Shown here piece by piece: positions 19,599 to 28,553 of a DNA stretch of 64,000 bases. Positions within the stretch are counted from its first letter, which is position 1, and every line of letters begins with the position of its first letter. The notes below the pieces were generated by a model. The model had not been told where the DNA came from. It saw nothing but the letters and a program-made list of their open reading frames with translations, and searched no databases. The DNA comes from Nibricoccus sp. GTDB lineage: Bacteria > Verrucomicrobiota > Verrucomicrobiia > Opitutales > Opitutaceae. The stretch is from positions 1,344,001 to 1,408,000 of the forward strand of contig JASGHG010000001.1 in the NCBI GenBank assembly GCA_047602425.1. The letters run 5' to 3'. Position numbers and translations under genes: made by a program.

Positions 19599-20816
19599 CT
19601 ACTTTGGCACTTCAACCCGCCACACCGAACGGCCGCCACCTTTGTTGGAGGTAAAATAAACGAACTTATCGCCAGGACTATAAATCGGGTGCGGGTGACT
19701 GTCCTGACAATCCCAGAGCGAATGATGCTGGCAGAGCGGCGTCCACTCGATCTGGCCAGCTTCCCAATTCACCTTGAGTTTCGTGATCCATTCGCCGCCC
19801 CAGAGTCCGTTTTCCGGCTCGCCGGCGGGATGCCAATAACCATCCGACACCAACCAATCGCTGTGCACCGTGCCGGCGGTGAAATGGCCGTAGCGCTGAT
19901 ACTCTTTTGGCAGGGCAATCTCGATATTGTCGCCCCCTTCGGGACCGACGCGGCCGATGTAGGCGGTGCCGTCGGCGAATTTGCCGTGATAAATGATATA
20001 TTTGCCGTCAGCGGTCCACATTTCGTGACAGGTCCAATCCTTGCGGCTGCGATTGCCTTCCTCGGTGCGGAGACGGCGATGCGTTTTCCCGTCCCAAAGC
20101 CACAGTCGGCGGATGCCGCAGTCGGACGGCCATTCGTGGTTGTAGAGAATCCAGTCGGGATTCACCGGTGAAAATTGCACGTGCGTAATCCAAGCCTGGG
20201 GCACGCGTTCGCAGGCGATTTGAGCGCCGGTCTCTGTATCGAAAATTCGGATATACGAGTTCAGTTTCTCCGTGCGCACGCGTTCGTCGATGTCGTAGGT
20301 GGGCTTGTCGCTGATGATTTCGTTGCGCTTGCCACCGACAAAATTCTCGCCGGCGCGTTGGCCTTCGACCGTTTCGTCTTCGAGCGCGCGCGCATCCGTC
20401 GTGGGCACGCAGATGCGTTTGCCGTCGGCACTGATGTGCGTGAACGCCGTCACCTGATCGTCGGGGATGTGCGTGAGTATCCGGCGCTGGCGCGAAAAAT
20501 TAACCAAGCAAAGATCGTTTCCTTGCAGGTAATAGACGATGCCGCGCTTCGCATCGAGATTGATGCTGGCCTTGCCGAGGCCCCGCAGCGGATTGCCGCG
20601 AAAGTAAACATAGGATTTCAGCGTGCCATCGCGGTTGAGCGAAAGCTCGCGCTCAACGTTGGTTTTCAGGTTGACCGAAACAATATTGGGATTGCCGTCG
20701 GCCGATTCGCGCACGGCGACGAGGTGGCGGCCGTCGGCCGTCACGCTGGAAGTGGTGAAGTAGAGAAGCTGCGCGGGGCGGCGCACATCGCCTGTCAGCT
20801 GGGCAGGGTCGAGCAT
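19599..20816 (-). CDS. Oligogalacturonate lyase family (PL22/Ogl-like) protein, cytoplasmic
   Basis: LLYFT, THVQFSP, LYNHEW..RRLW, TCHEMW, QDSHPHPIYSPGDKFVYFTS; no signal peptide. Confidence 0.75.
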   Translation of the reverse strand: MLDPAQLTGDVRRPAQLLYFTTSSVTADGRHLVAVRESADGNPNIVSVNLKTNVERELSLNRDGTLKSYVYFRGNPLRGLGKASINLDAKRGIVYYLQGNDLCLVNFSRQRRILTHIPDDQVTAFTHISADGKRICVPTTDARALEDETVEGQRAGENFVGGKRNEIISDKPTYDIDERVRTEKLNSYIRIFDTETGAQIACERVPQAWITHVQFSPVNPDWILYNHEWPSDCGIRRLWLWDGKTHRRLRTEEGNRSRKDWTCHEMWTADGKYIIYHGKFADGTAYIGRVGPEGGDNIEIALPKEYQRYGHFTAGTVHSDWLVSDGYWHPAGEPENGLWGGEWITKLKVNWEAGQIEWTPLCQHHSLWDCQDSHPHPIYSPGDKFVYFTSNKGGGRSVWRVEVPK

Positions 20817-20905
20817 GGAAAGTTACGAAGCAACATGGCATGGGCTCATGCGTTGGCAACCGTGTTTGGGCAAACGCATGCGGTAATAACATTTTCTCAC
20901 CTTCC

Positions 20906-20936
20906 CGTAACCAATAGCTTCAATCTTGTGTATCAG
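20906..20936 (+). promoter_or_regulatory. Putative ECF sigma promoter upstream of the ABC operon
   Basis: GTAACCAAT-N12-GTGTATCA; same motif and spacing as at 30032. Confidence 0.4.
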
Positions 20937-21053
20937 CCTAAATGAGCCGCAATATCCGCCCATGTCCGCCGCCACGTCCCCAGCGCGCAGCCGCCTGCCC
21001 CGGCCATCCGTCCGGCGTGAAAATTGCGCAACCCTGAGCGGCGCCTTCGATCG

Positions 21054-22004
21054 ATGCGCGATGTGATTATAGCAGCCCGCGGCTTGGGCAAAACTTTCGG
21101 TGCTCAGCGTGCCCTTGTGGACGTAAACATTGCCGTACCGCCCGGCACCATCGGCCTGCTCGGGCCCAACGGCGCCGGCAAGACCACTTTCATCAAGTGC
21201 TTGCTCAACCTTGAGACACCGACAGCCGGAACCGCCACGGTCCTTGGCTGCGAGATCCGCGCGCAAAATCGCGCCTCACGCGAACGCGTCGGCTACAGTC
21301 CAGAACAGGACTGCCACATTCCCGGCATGGCCGGCTGCGAATACGTGACGTATTGCGGGCAACTTTCCGGCATGTCGTTTCAACGCGCCCGCCAGCGCGC
21401 CCATGAAATCCTCGACCTCGTCGGCATGGGCCAGGAACGTTATCGGTCCGTCGACACGTATTCCACCGGCATGAAACAGCGCGTGAAGCTGGCGCAAGCT
21501 CTCGTGCACGACCCCGAGCTCATTATCCTCGACGAACCGACCAACGGTCTCGATGCCTCCGGTCGCGAAAGTATTCTCCAATTGATTGGTTCGCTCTGGA
21601 AACAACTCGGCGTGAGCGTGATGATTTCCTCGCACTTGCTGCACGACATCGAGCGGATTTGCGACCGCGTCATCATCATCGCCGATGGCCGCGTGATCGA
21701 GCACGACAGCATGGAGGCGTTAAAAAATCGCCACCAGCGCATTATCGAACTCGCTCCTTCGAGCGAGGCCGAACGTTTCGTGACCGTCCTGAAAACCGGC
21801 GGTTTTCCCGTCGAAAAACTTTCCAACGGCAAACTCCGCGTCGAGTCGCCCACCGAGTCGGCCGAACCTATTCTCAAACTTATGCGCGCGCACAACCTGC
21901 CGCCCGCCGAAATCGTCGCGAACCGCAATGCCCTCCACGAGCTCTTCGTAAAAGCATTGGCCGCCAGCAAAGAAAGGAGCCCAGCGAATGGAAACCGCAC
22001 TTGA
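21054..22004 (+). CDS. ABC transporter ATP-binding protein (exporter type)
   Basis: [33 protein letters not shown]. Confidence 0.93.
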   Translation: MRDVIIAARGLGKTFGAQRALVDVNIAVPPGTIGLLGPNGAGKTTFIKCLLNLETPTAGTATVLGCEIRAQNRASRERVGYSPEQDCHIPGMAGCEYVTYCGQLSGMSFQRARQRAHEILDLVGMGQERYRSVDTYSTGMKQRVKLAQALVHDPELIILDEPTNGLDASGRESILQLIGSLWKQLGVSVMISSHLLHDIERICDRVIIIADGRVIEHDSMEALKNRHQRIIELAPSSEAERFVTVLKTGGFPVEKLSNGKLRVESPTESAEPILKLMRAHNLPPAEIVANRNALHELFVKALAASKERSPANGNRT

Positions 22005-22980
22005 TCTCCGTCGTTGGCAGGAAAAACCCGCCGGTGTGAATTACCGCCGTTGGGTGATTGTATCCACTGGGCTGCGACAACTCATGCGGATGCGGGTTTT
22101 CCAAATCCTGATGTTTCTCGCGTGGACCGCCGGGCTGGTTATGGCCATGGCAGGTTTCATTTTCACCCAATCGCTGGCCTCCGGAGGCTGGCTTGAAAGT
22201 TGGGCCATGGAACTCGGCCCCCGCCCACATGCCATCGTCTCGGCCTTCTGCTCGATGGTTCTGCTCTATCCCGACATCGTGATTCACGGGCTTTTTAGTG
22301 CGGTATTCTGGTGGCATTCGATCGTTGGTCTCGGGCTTAGCATGATTGGGCTCTCGATGGTTATACCACGATTGATTGCCCGTGATCGCGCGAGTAATGC
22401 CCTCACGATTTATCTTTCGCGCCCGCTCACTTCGCTCGACTACCTGCTTGGCAAACTCGGCATCATCGTTGGCATTCTTCTGCTGCTTTGGACCGGTCCG
22501 TTGGTTTTTGGCTGGGTGCTGAGCATGGCGTTCGCGCCCAATAGCGAGTTTTTCACCTATTCGCTCACGCCCCTGTTTCGCGCCGGACTTTTCAACCTAA
22601 TATCGCTGGTCACACTCGCCGCCGTGGCGCTTGCTGTTTCTTCGCTCGCAAAAACGACGCGCGCCGTGACGGGGCTCTGGCTCGGCGTCTGGCTTGGCGC
22701 CGGAGTCATTGCCAGCATCCCCACAACGCCAAGCATGATTCGCGCGGCCAGTTTCAGCCGCGATCTGCAGGACGTGCGTCAGGAGCTTTTTAAGCTCGAC
22801 GAAATTTTGGTCAAAGCCGGTCAAACGCTTCCACTGACCGATCGGAATATGGCGAAAAACATGCAAGAGGTGGGCCGCAAGTTTGCCGAGGCGCAATTTC
22901 CCAACTCGCCTTGGGCTGGCCTCACCGTGCTCGTCATTGCCTCAACCTTTGTATTCGCCCGGAGACTACGCCCCGAATGA
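21988..22980 (+). CDS. ABC-2 type transporter permease
   Basis: Multiple TM segments; ARDR..NALTIYLSRPL...YLLGK. Confidence 0.82.
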   Translation: METALDLRRWQEKPAGVNYRRWVIVSTGLRQLMRMRVFQILMFLAWTAGLVMAMAGFIFTQSLASGGWLESWAMELGPRPHAIVSAFCSMVLLYPDIVIHGLFSAVFWWHSIVGLGLSMIGLSMVIPRLIARDRASNALTIYLSRPLTSLDYLLGKLGIIVGILLLLWTGPLVFGWVLSMAFAPNSEFFTYSLTPLFRAGLFNLISLVTLAAVALAVSSLAKTTRAVTGLWLGVWLGAGVIASIPTTPSMIRAASFSRDLQDVRQELFKLDEILVKAGQTLPLTDRNMAKNMQEVGRKFAEAQFPNSPWAGLTVLVIASTFVFARRLRPE

Positions 22981-23903
22981 ACCCGATCGTCCAAGCTGAA
23001 AATGTAAGCCGCTTTTACGGGCTCTACCTCGGGCTGAACAACGTGACGTTCGCCATCCGACCCGGCATCACCGGCATTGTCGGTCCCAATGGTGCGGGCA
23101 AAACCACGCTCTTCCGCCTGCTCACCGGTCAGATCAAACCTGACTCCGGCACGCTGCGGGTCTTTGGCGACACGCCTTGGAACAATCCACTGGTTCAGGC
23201 TCAGCTCGCCTACTGTCCGGAAAGTGAAGCCGTTCCCGCCGGCATGCGACCGCTCGAATGGCTCATTGCGCTCGCGATGATTTCCGGCCATTCCGCCCGC
23301 CAGGCCGAACAACAAGCCCGCACCATGCTCGCCCGCGTGAAGCTCGCGCCCGAGCATTGGAAAAAACGCGTCACCATGCTCTCCAAAGGCATGAAGCAAC
23401 GCGTGAAACTCGCGCAATGTCTCCTGCATGATCCGAAACTGATCATTCTTGACGAACCAATGAATGGCCTCGACCCGATGGGCCGTGAGGATTTCAGCAA
23501 CGTTCTCCGTGAACTTGCCCGCCAGGGCGTGAGCATCGTCATTTCAAGCCACATTCTGCACGACCTCGAGGCGCTTTGCAGCGAATTCATTCTGCTGCGG
23601 TGGGGCCGCATGGCGCAGGCGGAAAATGAAGCTGCATCGCCCGACGCGCAAAAACGTTGGCCCGCGTCCACGACTTTTCGTTGCGACTCCCCGGAGAAAC
23701 TCGCGCATTACTTCTTCGATAAAAAACTCGTGCGCGGCTTCGACATCGCGAGTGAAGACGAACTGCGGGTGCAATGGCTGGAGGTCGCGCAGTTCTACGG
23801 CGATTTCAATGCGCTGCTTCTCGACAGTGGCGTGCAAATCTACGAAGTGCGCAGTACCGAATCCTTCCTCGAAAAGGCGGCGGGAGCGCCCCACGCGCCA
23901 TGA
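22977..23903 (+). CDS. ABC transporter ATP-binding protein
   Basis: [36 protein letters not shown] overlap with the previous gene. Confidence 0.93.
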   Translation: MNPIVQAENVSRFYGLYLGLNNVTFAIRPGITGIVGPNGAGKTTLFRLLTGQIKPDSGTLRVFGDTPWNNPLVQAQLAYCPESEAVPAGMRPLEWLIALAMISGHSARQAEQQARTMLARVKLAPEHWKKRVTMLSKGMKQRVKLAQCLLHDPKLIILDEPMNGLDPMGREDFSNVLRELARQGVSIVISSHILHDLEALCSEFILLRWGRMAQAENEAASPDAQKRWPASTTFRCDSPEKLAHYFFDKKLVRGFDIASEDELRVQWLEVAQFYGDFNALLLDSGVQIYEVRSTESFLEKAAGAPHAP

Positions 23904-24712
23904 ACACGCCTCCCCCCCTGCCTTCTCCCGTACCGCCCCCGACGCCCGATTGGCGCCGCGCGCTTGGCGGTGTCTGGCGGTTTACCTATCGCCGATTCCT
24001 GGCGCCAAAGCAGCTCGCCATCCTCGGCGGCTTGTTCGTTTTGCTGGCCTTGCTCGTGCTGTCCGCGCTGCACCACAACCACGAATTACGCCTAAAAAAG
24101 GATTTTGCCGAATGGAGCGTGCAGTTCTACCTGGCCTTCGTCGTTCCCGTGCTCGCATTTCTTTCCGCCGGTGGCGTCATTCGTGACGACATGACACCTG
24201 CCACGGTGGACTACGTGCTCACACGGCCGCTGCGCCGCCATGCATTTGTGCTCTATCGTTATCTCGCGCAAACAACCTGTTTGCAGGTGCAATGTTTACT
24301 CGCTCTGGGCGTTCTGACGGCGGTTGGCATCTATCGGCAGGTTCCCGATCTTTCTGAAACTCTGCCCTCGCTCCTGCTGGCGCAGATCCTCGCCATCCCT
24401 GCCTTTAGCGCGCTGGGGTTTGCGTTTGGGGCCTACTCGAGTCGCTTCCTCGTTTTTGGAATCTTCTACGGCGGCTTGGTCGAAGTCGGTATTGGAAATA
24501 TCCCTACACAGCTTAACAGCCTTTCGATGTCGCATCAGGTGCGCACGATCGCCAGCAGCGTCCTGCCATTCCGCGGCAAAGCCGCGCAGTACGCCGACAG
24601 CCTCCCCTCCGCCATTGGCACGTTACTGGTACTGACTCTCGTATTCCTCGCCCTCGCCGCCGTGCTATTCTCGTTCCGCGAAGCCGCGGGCACGAAACCG
24701 AAGGACGCGTAA
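23900..24712 (+). CDS. ABC-2 type transporter permease
   Basis: TM segments; IRDD...TVDYVLTRPLRR; ATGA overlap. Confidence 0.8.
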   Translation: MNTPPPLPSPVPPPTPDWRRALGGVWRFTYRRFLAPKQLAILGGLFVLLALLVLSALHHNHELRLKKDFAEWSVQFYLAFVVPVLAFLSAGGVIRDDMTPATVDYVLTRPLRRHAFVLYRYLAQTTCLQVQCLLALGVLTAVGIYRQVPDLSETLPSLLLAQILAIPAFSALGFAFGAYSSRFLVFGIFYGGLVEVGIGNIPTQLNSLSMSHQVRTIASSVLPFRGKAAQYADSLPSAIGTLLVLTLVFLALAAVLFSFREAAGTKPKDA

Positions 24713-24784
24713 TCCCGGCAGTTCAGCTCGCGCCAGCTGTGAAGGGCATGTCGCAACAATTTTAGTCGAATGCGCCTCAAACAA

Positions 24785-24809
24785 GTTTGTCATCTAATAG
24801 ATGACAAAC
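24785..24809. repeat. Intergenic palindrome, copy 2 (GTTTGTCATCTA-A-TAGATGACAAAC)
   Basis: Perfect 12-bp arms between convergent genes. Confidence 0.85.
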
Positions 24810-24872
24810 CGTCTGTTATAGCCAACCAAGGGAATGCGTTGCACTAAGGTGCTCGGCTCATACTTCTCCGGC

Positions 24873-25424
24873 TCAAACACCAGCGGGCAGCAGACGATTC
24901 ACCAGCAGGCGGGTCTCGTCGGCGAGTTTGTGCTCGGGGAAGAAGCGCGCGTAGGTGCTTTCCACCGAATCGAGGGAGCCGAGGCCCGCTTTTTCGATGA
25001 GAAAGGCGAGATCGTGGTGATCGGCGGTCGCCGGCACGACCTGCCCCTGGCAAAGATGCAATTTCATTGCGAGCAGATGCTCTGGTTCGGCCATCGACAA
25101 CACTAAGCTAGGACCAAATTCCTGCAAATGCGGCTGCCCTCGGGCCGCCGTGAGCGCGAGGTAGAACTTCACATCTTCTTCCAGCCAGTCGGCGGGCAGA
25201 CGCTGCTCGCTGGCAACCTGGCGCACGAGAGCGGCGGCGCGAGCGCTCGACTCGACAGCTTTGGCGGCTGAAGTTTGAACGTCGCGTGAGACCGCGTAAA
25301 CCACGGTGATGATCTGGCCGTGGCAGAGCGCCACTTCGAGGGCGACCTTTTCGTTATCGGCAAGCTCGGCCAGACGGCGAAGCGCGCGGTTGATGCGGCG
25401 GGGGGACATTATGCTGTAGGGCAT
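24873..25424 (-). CDS. Hypothetical protein resembling DUF6036/AbiEii-like nucleotidyltransferases, catalytic motif degenerate
   Basis: AGGAG RBS; LPADWL, AEPEHLLAMK and D..DL..L retained; no GG...RxTxDxD motif. Confidence 0.55.
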   Translation of the reverse strand: MPYSIMSPRRINRALRRLAELADNEKVALEVALCHGQIITVVYAVSRDVQTSAAKAVESSARAAALVRQVASEQRLPADWLEEDVKFYLALTAARGQPHLQEFGPSLVLSMAEPEHLLAMKLHLCQGQVVPATADHHDLAFLIEKAGLGSLDSVESTYARFFPEHKLADETRLLVNRLLPAGV

Positions 25425-25428
25425 GCGA

Positions 25429-26190
25429 TTATTCTCCTGTAAGATGGTTAATGTTGGAGCGGACCGACTGGCGCAAAGGCGCGTTGGGCAGATCGTGCAG
25501 CAGGGCATTCTGCGAGCGATGATGCTGTCGGCGCTCGATGTGCTTGAAAATCGCGTAACCCAGCCCGGTGCACCCGGCGAGGGTCGCAGGGAACAGCAAG
25601 GTGCTGTAACCAATCTTTGAATACCCAATTGCGCCAAGCCAGGCGCCTGACATGAAGCCGGTGAGCAGGATACCGTACAATTGCAGACGCCTCCATTCGA
25701 CCTGCTGGCCGCGCAGCAAGTGGCCGCAAGCGATTCCGAGGTCGGTCACGATGCCCGTAACATGGGTCGTTCGAATGATTGCCCCGCTATAGCTTGTGGC
25801 CATGGCGTTTTGGAGTCCGCAGGCCATGGCGGCAAAATAGTCTCCGGCGCGCAAATCCTGCCGCAACAAATGCACTGCGGCAAAAAGAAGCACCGATTCG
25901 ATGGCGAGCACAAAGCCATAGCGCCGGCCCGCCTTCAAGGTGGACTGACGCGTGATAAAACCGCTTAGTAGCGCACCCAGAAAAAACGCAAGAACAACGC
26001 TGACCGTATGTAGAATCAGCAGAGGATCACGCGCTGCGAGATCGATGCCCAGCATCGTGACCGTGCCCGACATATGGCTGACAGCCTGGTGAAACACGCC
26101 GAGCAGGCCGATCGAGTTGATGCAGCCGCCAATCAGCGACAGCGAGAAGCCTCCGATGAGGATCCAAATTGGTATTTCTTTTTTAAACAT
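25429..26190 (-). CDS. YoaK/DUF1275 family membrane protein
   Basis: AVSHMSGTVT, AMACGLQNAM, IRTTHVTGIVTDLG. Confidence 0.88.
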   Translation of the reverse strand: MFKKEIPIWILIGGFSLSLIGGCINSIGLLGVFHQAVSHMSGTVTMLGIDLAARDPLLILHTVSVVLAFFLGALLSGFITRQSTLKAGRRYGFVLAIESVLLFAAVHLLRQDLRAGDYFAAMACGLQNAMATSYSGAIIRTTHVTGIVTDLGIACGHLLRGQQVEWRRLQLYGILLTGFMSGAWLGAIGYSKIGYSTLLFPATLAGCTGLGYAIFKHIERRQHHRSQNALLHDLPNAPLRQSVRSNINHLTGE

Positions 26191-26439
26191 GGAAATTCCT
26201 TGAATGAAAATAGCGCGACGCCTTGGAGCGACCGGCACAACAACCGGTCTCTGCTCCCAACGTGGGCGTTCGTTTTAGCGTGGGCTCAGCAGCAGCCCTC
26301 CCCGCGGAATATCATGGGAGCGGGGCGGCTCAGTTTCGCTGGACAGATGGCATGCCGGGGTATTCCGCGCGACGGCGAAGTCGCGCTGGCGTGCAGGGAA
26401 GAGCGCCTTTGGCGCTTTGAAGTAGTTGAGATGTTCATC

Positions 26440-28194
26440 TCAGGAAAGGGAAACTGGAGCGGCGCCTGGCTGTACGCCGTGGTGTTTGCGCAGGACTTCG
26501 CGAGCGCGGACGAGCGCGTCGTCGAAGTGGGCACGGATGTTGGGACGGCCGATCTTTTCGATAAAACCCGCCTTCGCCAAAAGCTGGAGCGGCTGGCGAT
26601 GCGGACCGCTCAAGATCACGACGCCACCCGCCGCATGAATGCGCTCGACGATGCTTTCGAGCGCATTGAGCGCCGTGGCGTCCATCGCCGGAACCAGTTG
26701 CATGCGCAAAATGAGCACGCGCGGAAGCTTCTCGATGCGCAGCAGGGCGTTTTCCATCTTTTCAGCCGCACCAAAGAAGAAAGGGCCAAATATCCGGTAA
26801 ACCAATACGCCTTCGGGGATCTCCTTGCCATGCGCGACTTGCTCCTGCGTTTCGAGTTCGTCATGCGTGGTCACGAGGGAAATCTCCGTGGTGTCCGCCA
26901 TGCGTCGGATGAAAAGCATCGCCGCGAGCACCATGCCGACTTCGACGGCCACCACGAGATCGAAGATCACCGTGAGCGCCATGGTCGTCACGAGCACGAG
27001 CGCGTCGCTGCGCGGCATTTGTTTGAGCCGGGCCAGTTCGTGCCATTCGCCCATCCGATATGCGACCATCACAAGCACCGCCGCAATCGCGGCCATGGGC
27101 ACAAATTGCGCATACCTGGGAAAAACGAGCACAATCAACAGCAGTGTGACGGCGTGGACAATGCCGGCGACGGGCGTGCGTCCGCCGCTGCGAATATTGG
27201 CCGAGGTTCGCGCAATCGCGCCCGTTGCGGGCAAACCACAGAAAAAGGGACAAACAATATTGGCCAGGCCCTGCGCAATGAGCTCGGTGTTCGCATCGTG
27301 CTTGTCGTTCACGAGGCTGTCCGCCACGACCGCGGAAAGCAGGGATTCGATGGCGCCGAGCAGTGCGATCGTGGTGGCGGGCGCGATCAGATCGCGCATG
27401 CGGGCAATCGAAAACGTCGGCAGGGTTAGCGGTGGCAAATGTTGCGGGATGGCGGCAGGACCGAACTTCGAGCCCACCGTCGCGACATGATAAATGCTTT
27501 CCCAATTGAGAAAACTCACTGCGGCGGTCGCGCCGATCAACGCGATGATCGAGCCCGGCAAACGGCGCCAACCGAAGCGCGGCCAGATATAGATGAATAG
27601 CGCGCAACAAACGCCGACGATCGCAGTCAGCGGATTGATTTGCGGGATGTTGCGGAGGAGCCAGGGGATCTTCTCAAGGAATTCGCGCGGTGGCGTCGTA
27701 GAAGTTTGGATACCGACAAATTCCGCCGCCTGGCTGGCCATGATCGTGATCGCGATGCCCGTCGTAAAACCACTCGTCACCGGGTAAGGAATGAATTTGA
27801 TCAGCGTGCCCATCCGCGTGATGCCCATGACGAGCAGAATCGCGCCGGCCATGATGGTCGCGAGCAGCAGACCATCGTAACCGTAACGTTCGATGATCAG
27901 CAAAACGACCGGAATAAACGCCGCGGTCGGTCCGCCGATTTGCACCCGGCTGCCGCCAAAGGCCGAAATGATAAAACCCGCGATGATCGCCGTGAACAAA
28001 CCGACCGCCGGCCCGGGGAATGGCGTGGCCACCCCCGCCGGAATGCTTGCCACACCAAGCGCCAGTGCCAAAGGCAGCGCAATCAGTCCCACCGTCACGC
28101 CAGACAACCCGTCGCGAACCAATTCCGCGCGTCCGTATTTCTCGCGAGCAAGTTCGACGATGCGTGGCTGAAAACGTGCTCCAAAAAATTTCAT
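26440..28194 (-). CDS. SulP/SLC26 family anion (bicarbonate/sulfate/dicarboxylate) transporter with STAS domain
   Basis: GGSRVQIGGPTAAF, AIESLLSAVVAD, PATGAIART, GPFFFGAA...DATAL (STAS). Confidence 0.95.
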   Translation of the reverse strand: MKFFGARFQPRIVELAREKYGRAELVRDGLSGVTVGLIALPLALALGVASIPAGVATPFPGPAVGLFTAIIAGFIISAFGGSRVQIGGPTAAFIPVVLLIIERYGYDGLLLATIMAGAILLVMGITRMGTLIKFIPYPVTSGFTTGIAITIMASQAAEFVGIQTSTTPPREFLEKIPWLLRNIPQINPLTAIVGVCCALFIYIWPRFGWRRLPGSIIALIGATAAVSFLNWESIYHVATVGSKFGPAAIPQHLPPLTLPTFSIARMRDLIAPATTIALLGAIESLLSAVVADSLVNDKHDANTELIAQGLANIVCPFFCGLPATGAIARTSANIRSGGRTPVAGIVHAVTLLLIVLVFPRYAQFVPMAAIAAVLVMVAYRMGEWHELARLKQMPRSDALVLVTTMALTVIFDLVVAVEVGMVLAAMLFIRRMADTTEISLVTTHDELETQEQVAHGKEIPEGVLVYRIFGPFFFGAAEKMENALLRIEKLPRVLILRMQLVPAMDATALNALESIVERIHAAGGVVILSGPHRQPLQLLAKAGFIEKIGRPNIRAHFDDALVRAREVLRKHHGVQPGAAPVSLS

Positions 28195-28400
28195 CGCGTT
28201 TGCCACCCGCTTTCCGTGGCAACGCTCGTCAGCCCGGCGCCGAAGGGCGTAATCGCTTGGTCTTCTGCGCGCGACGACCAATGCAGCCCCGCAAGAAAAT
28301 TTTTCCTTGCCGACCGACGACCGCCCATCCGAATCAAACTTCGCTGAATCAGCGAGCGATGCGTTTGGAAAGTGTCCTTCAGTGGCATGAGCCTTGTATA

Positions 28401-28417
28401 AGCGGAAGTCCTGCCAA
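28401..28417 (-). promoter_or_regulatory. Putative sigma54 (-24/-12) promoter for the sulP operon
   Basis: TTGGCAGGACTTCCGCT: GG-N10-GC, divergent from a sigma54 activator gene; the -12 context is CCGC rather than TTGC. Confidence 0.55.
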
Positions 28418-28514
28418 TCTTTGGCGCTTAAGTTTAAGACCCTCATTATCCGCTGCATAAACATTTCAAAATGGCCACAATTAGCCAAACTTGGCTCTGG
28501 AAAACCTGCTAATC

Positions 28515-28550
28515 TGCAATTTTTGCATCGCATATATCGCATTTTTTGCA
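28515..28550. promoter_or_regulatory. Paired enhancer-like (UAS) palindromes for the sigma54 activator
   Basis: TGCAATTTTTGCA (28515-28527) and CGCATTTTTTGCA (28538-28550), 23 bp apart, about 100-135 bp upstream of the -24/-12 site. Confidence 0.55.
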
Positions 28551-28553
28551 GTC

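Noticed and set aside
26286..26438. 50-codon ORF ending in Cys-Cys between sulP and yoaK
   Set aside because: No RBS or motif and a low-information Arg/Ser/Pro composition; cannot be supported without homologs.
28220..28360. CGCTGAATC and GTCAGC words reminiscent of the c-di-AMP (ydaO) riboswitch
   Set aside because: They are on the wrong strand for sulP, in the wrong order, and the GGGGGACCC/GGGGYGAA core is missing.
28383..28398. Plus-strand TGGCATGAGCCTTGTA sigma54-like site facing the activator gene
   Set aside because: It has GT rather than the conserved GC at -12; the minus-strand site fits better. Not fully excluded.
28195..28542. N-terminal extensions given by the ORF track for SulP, and likewise for the activator, SufC, CheD, the CheY-like gene and GH53
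   Set aside because: The extensions cross promoters or upstream genes; downstream ATGs fit domain boundaries and gene overlaps better.
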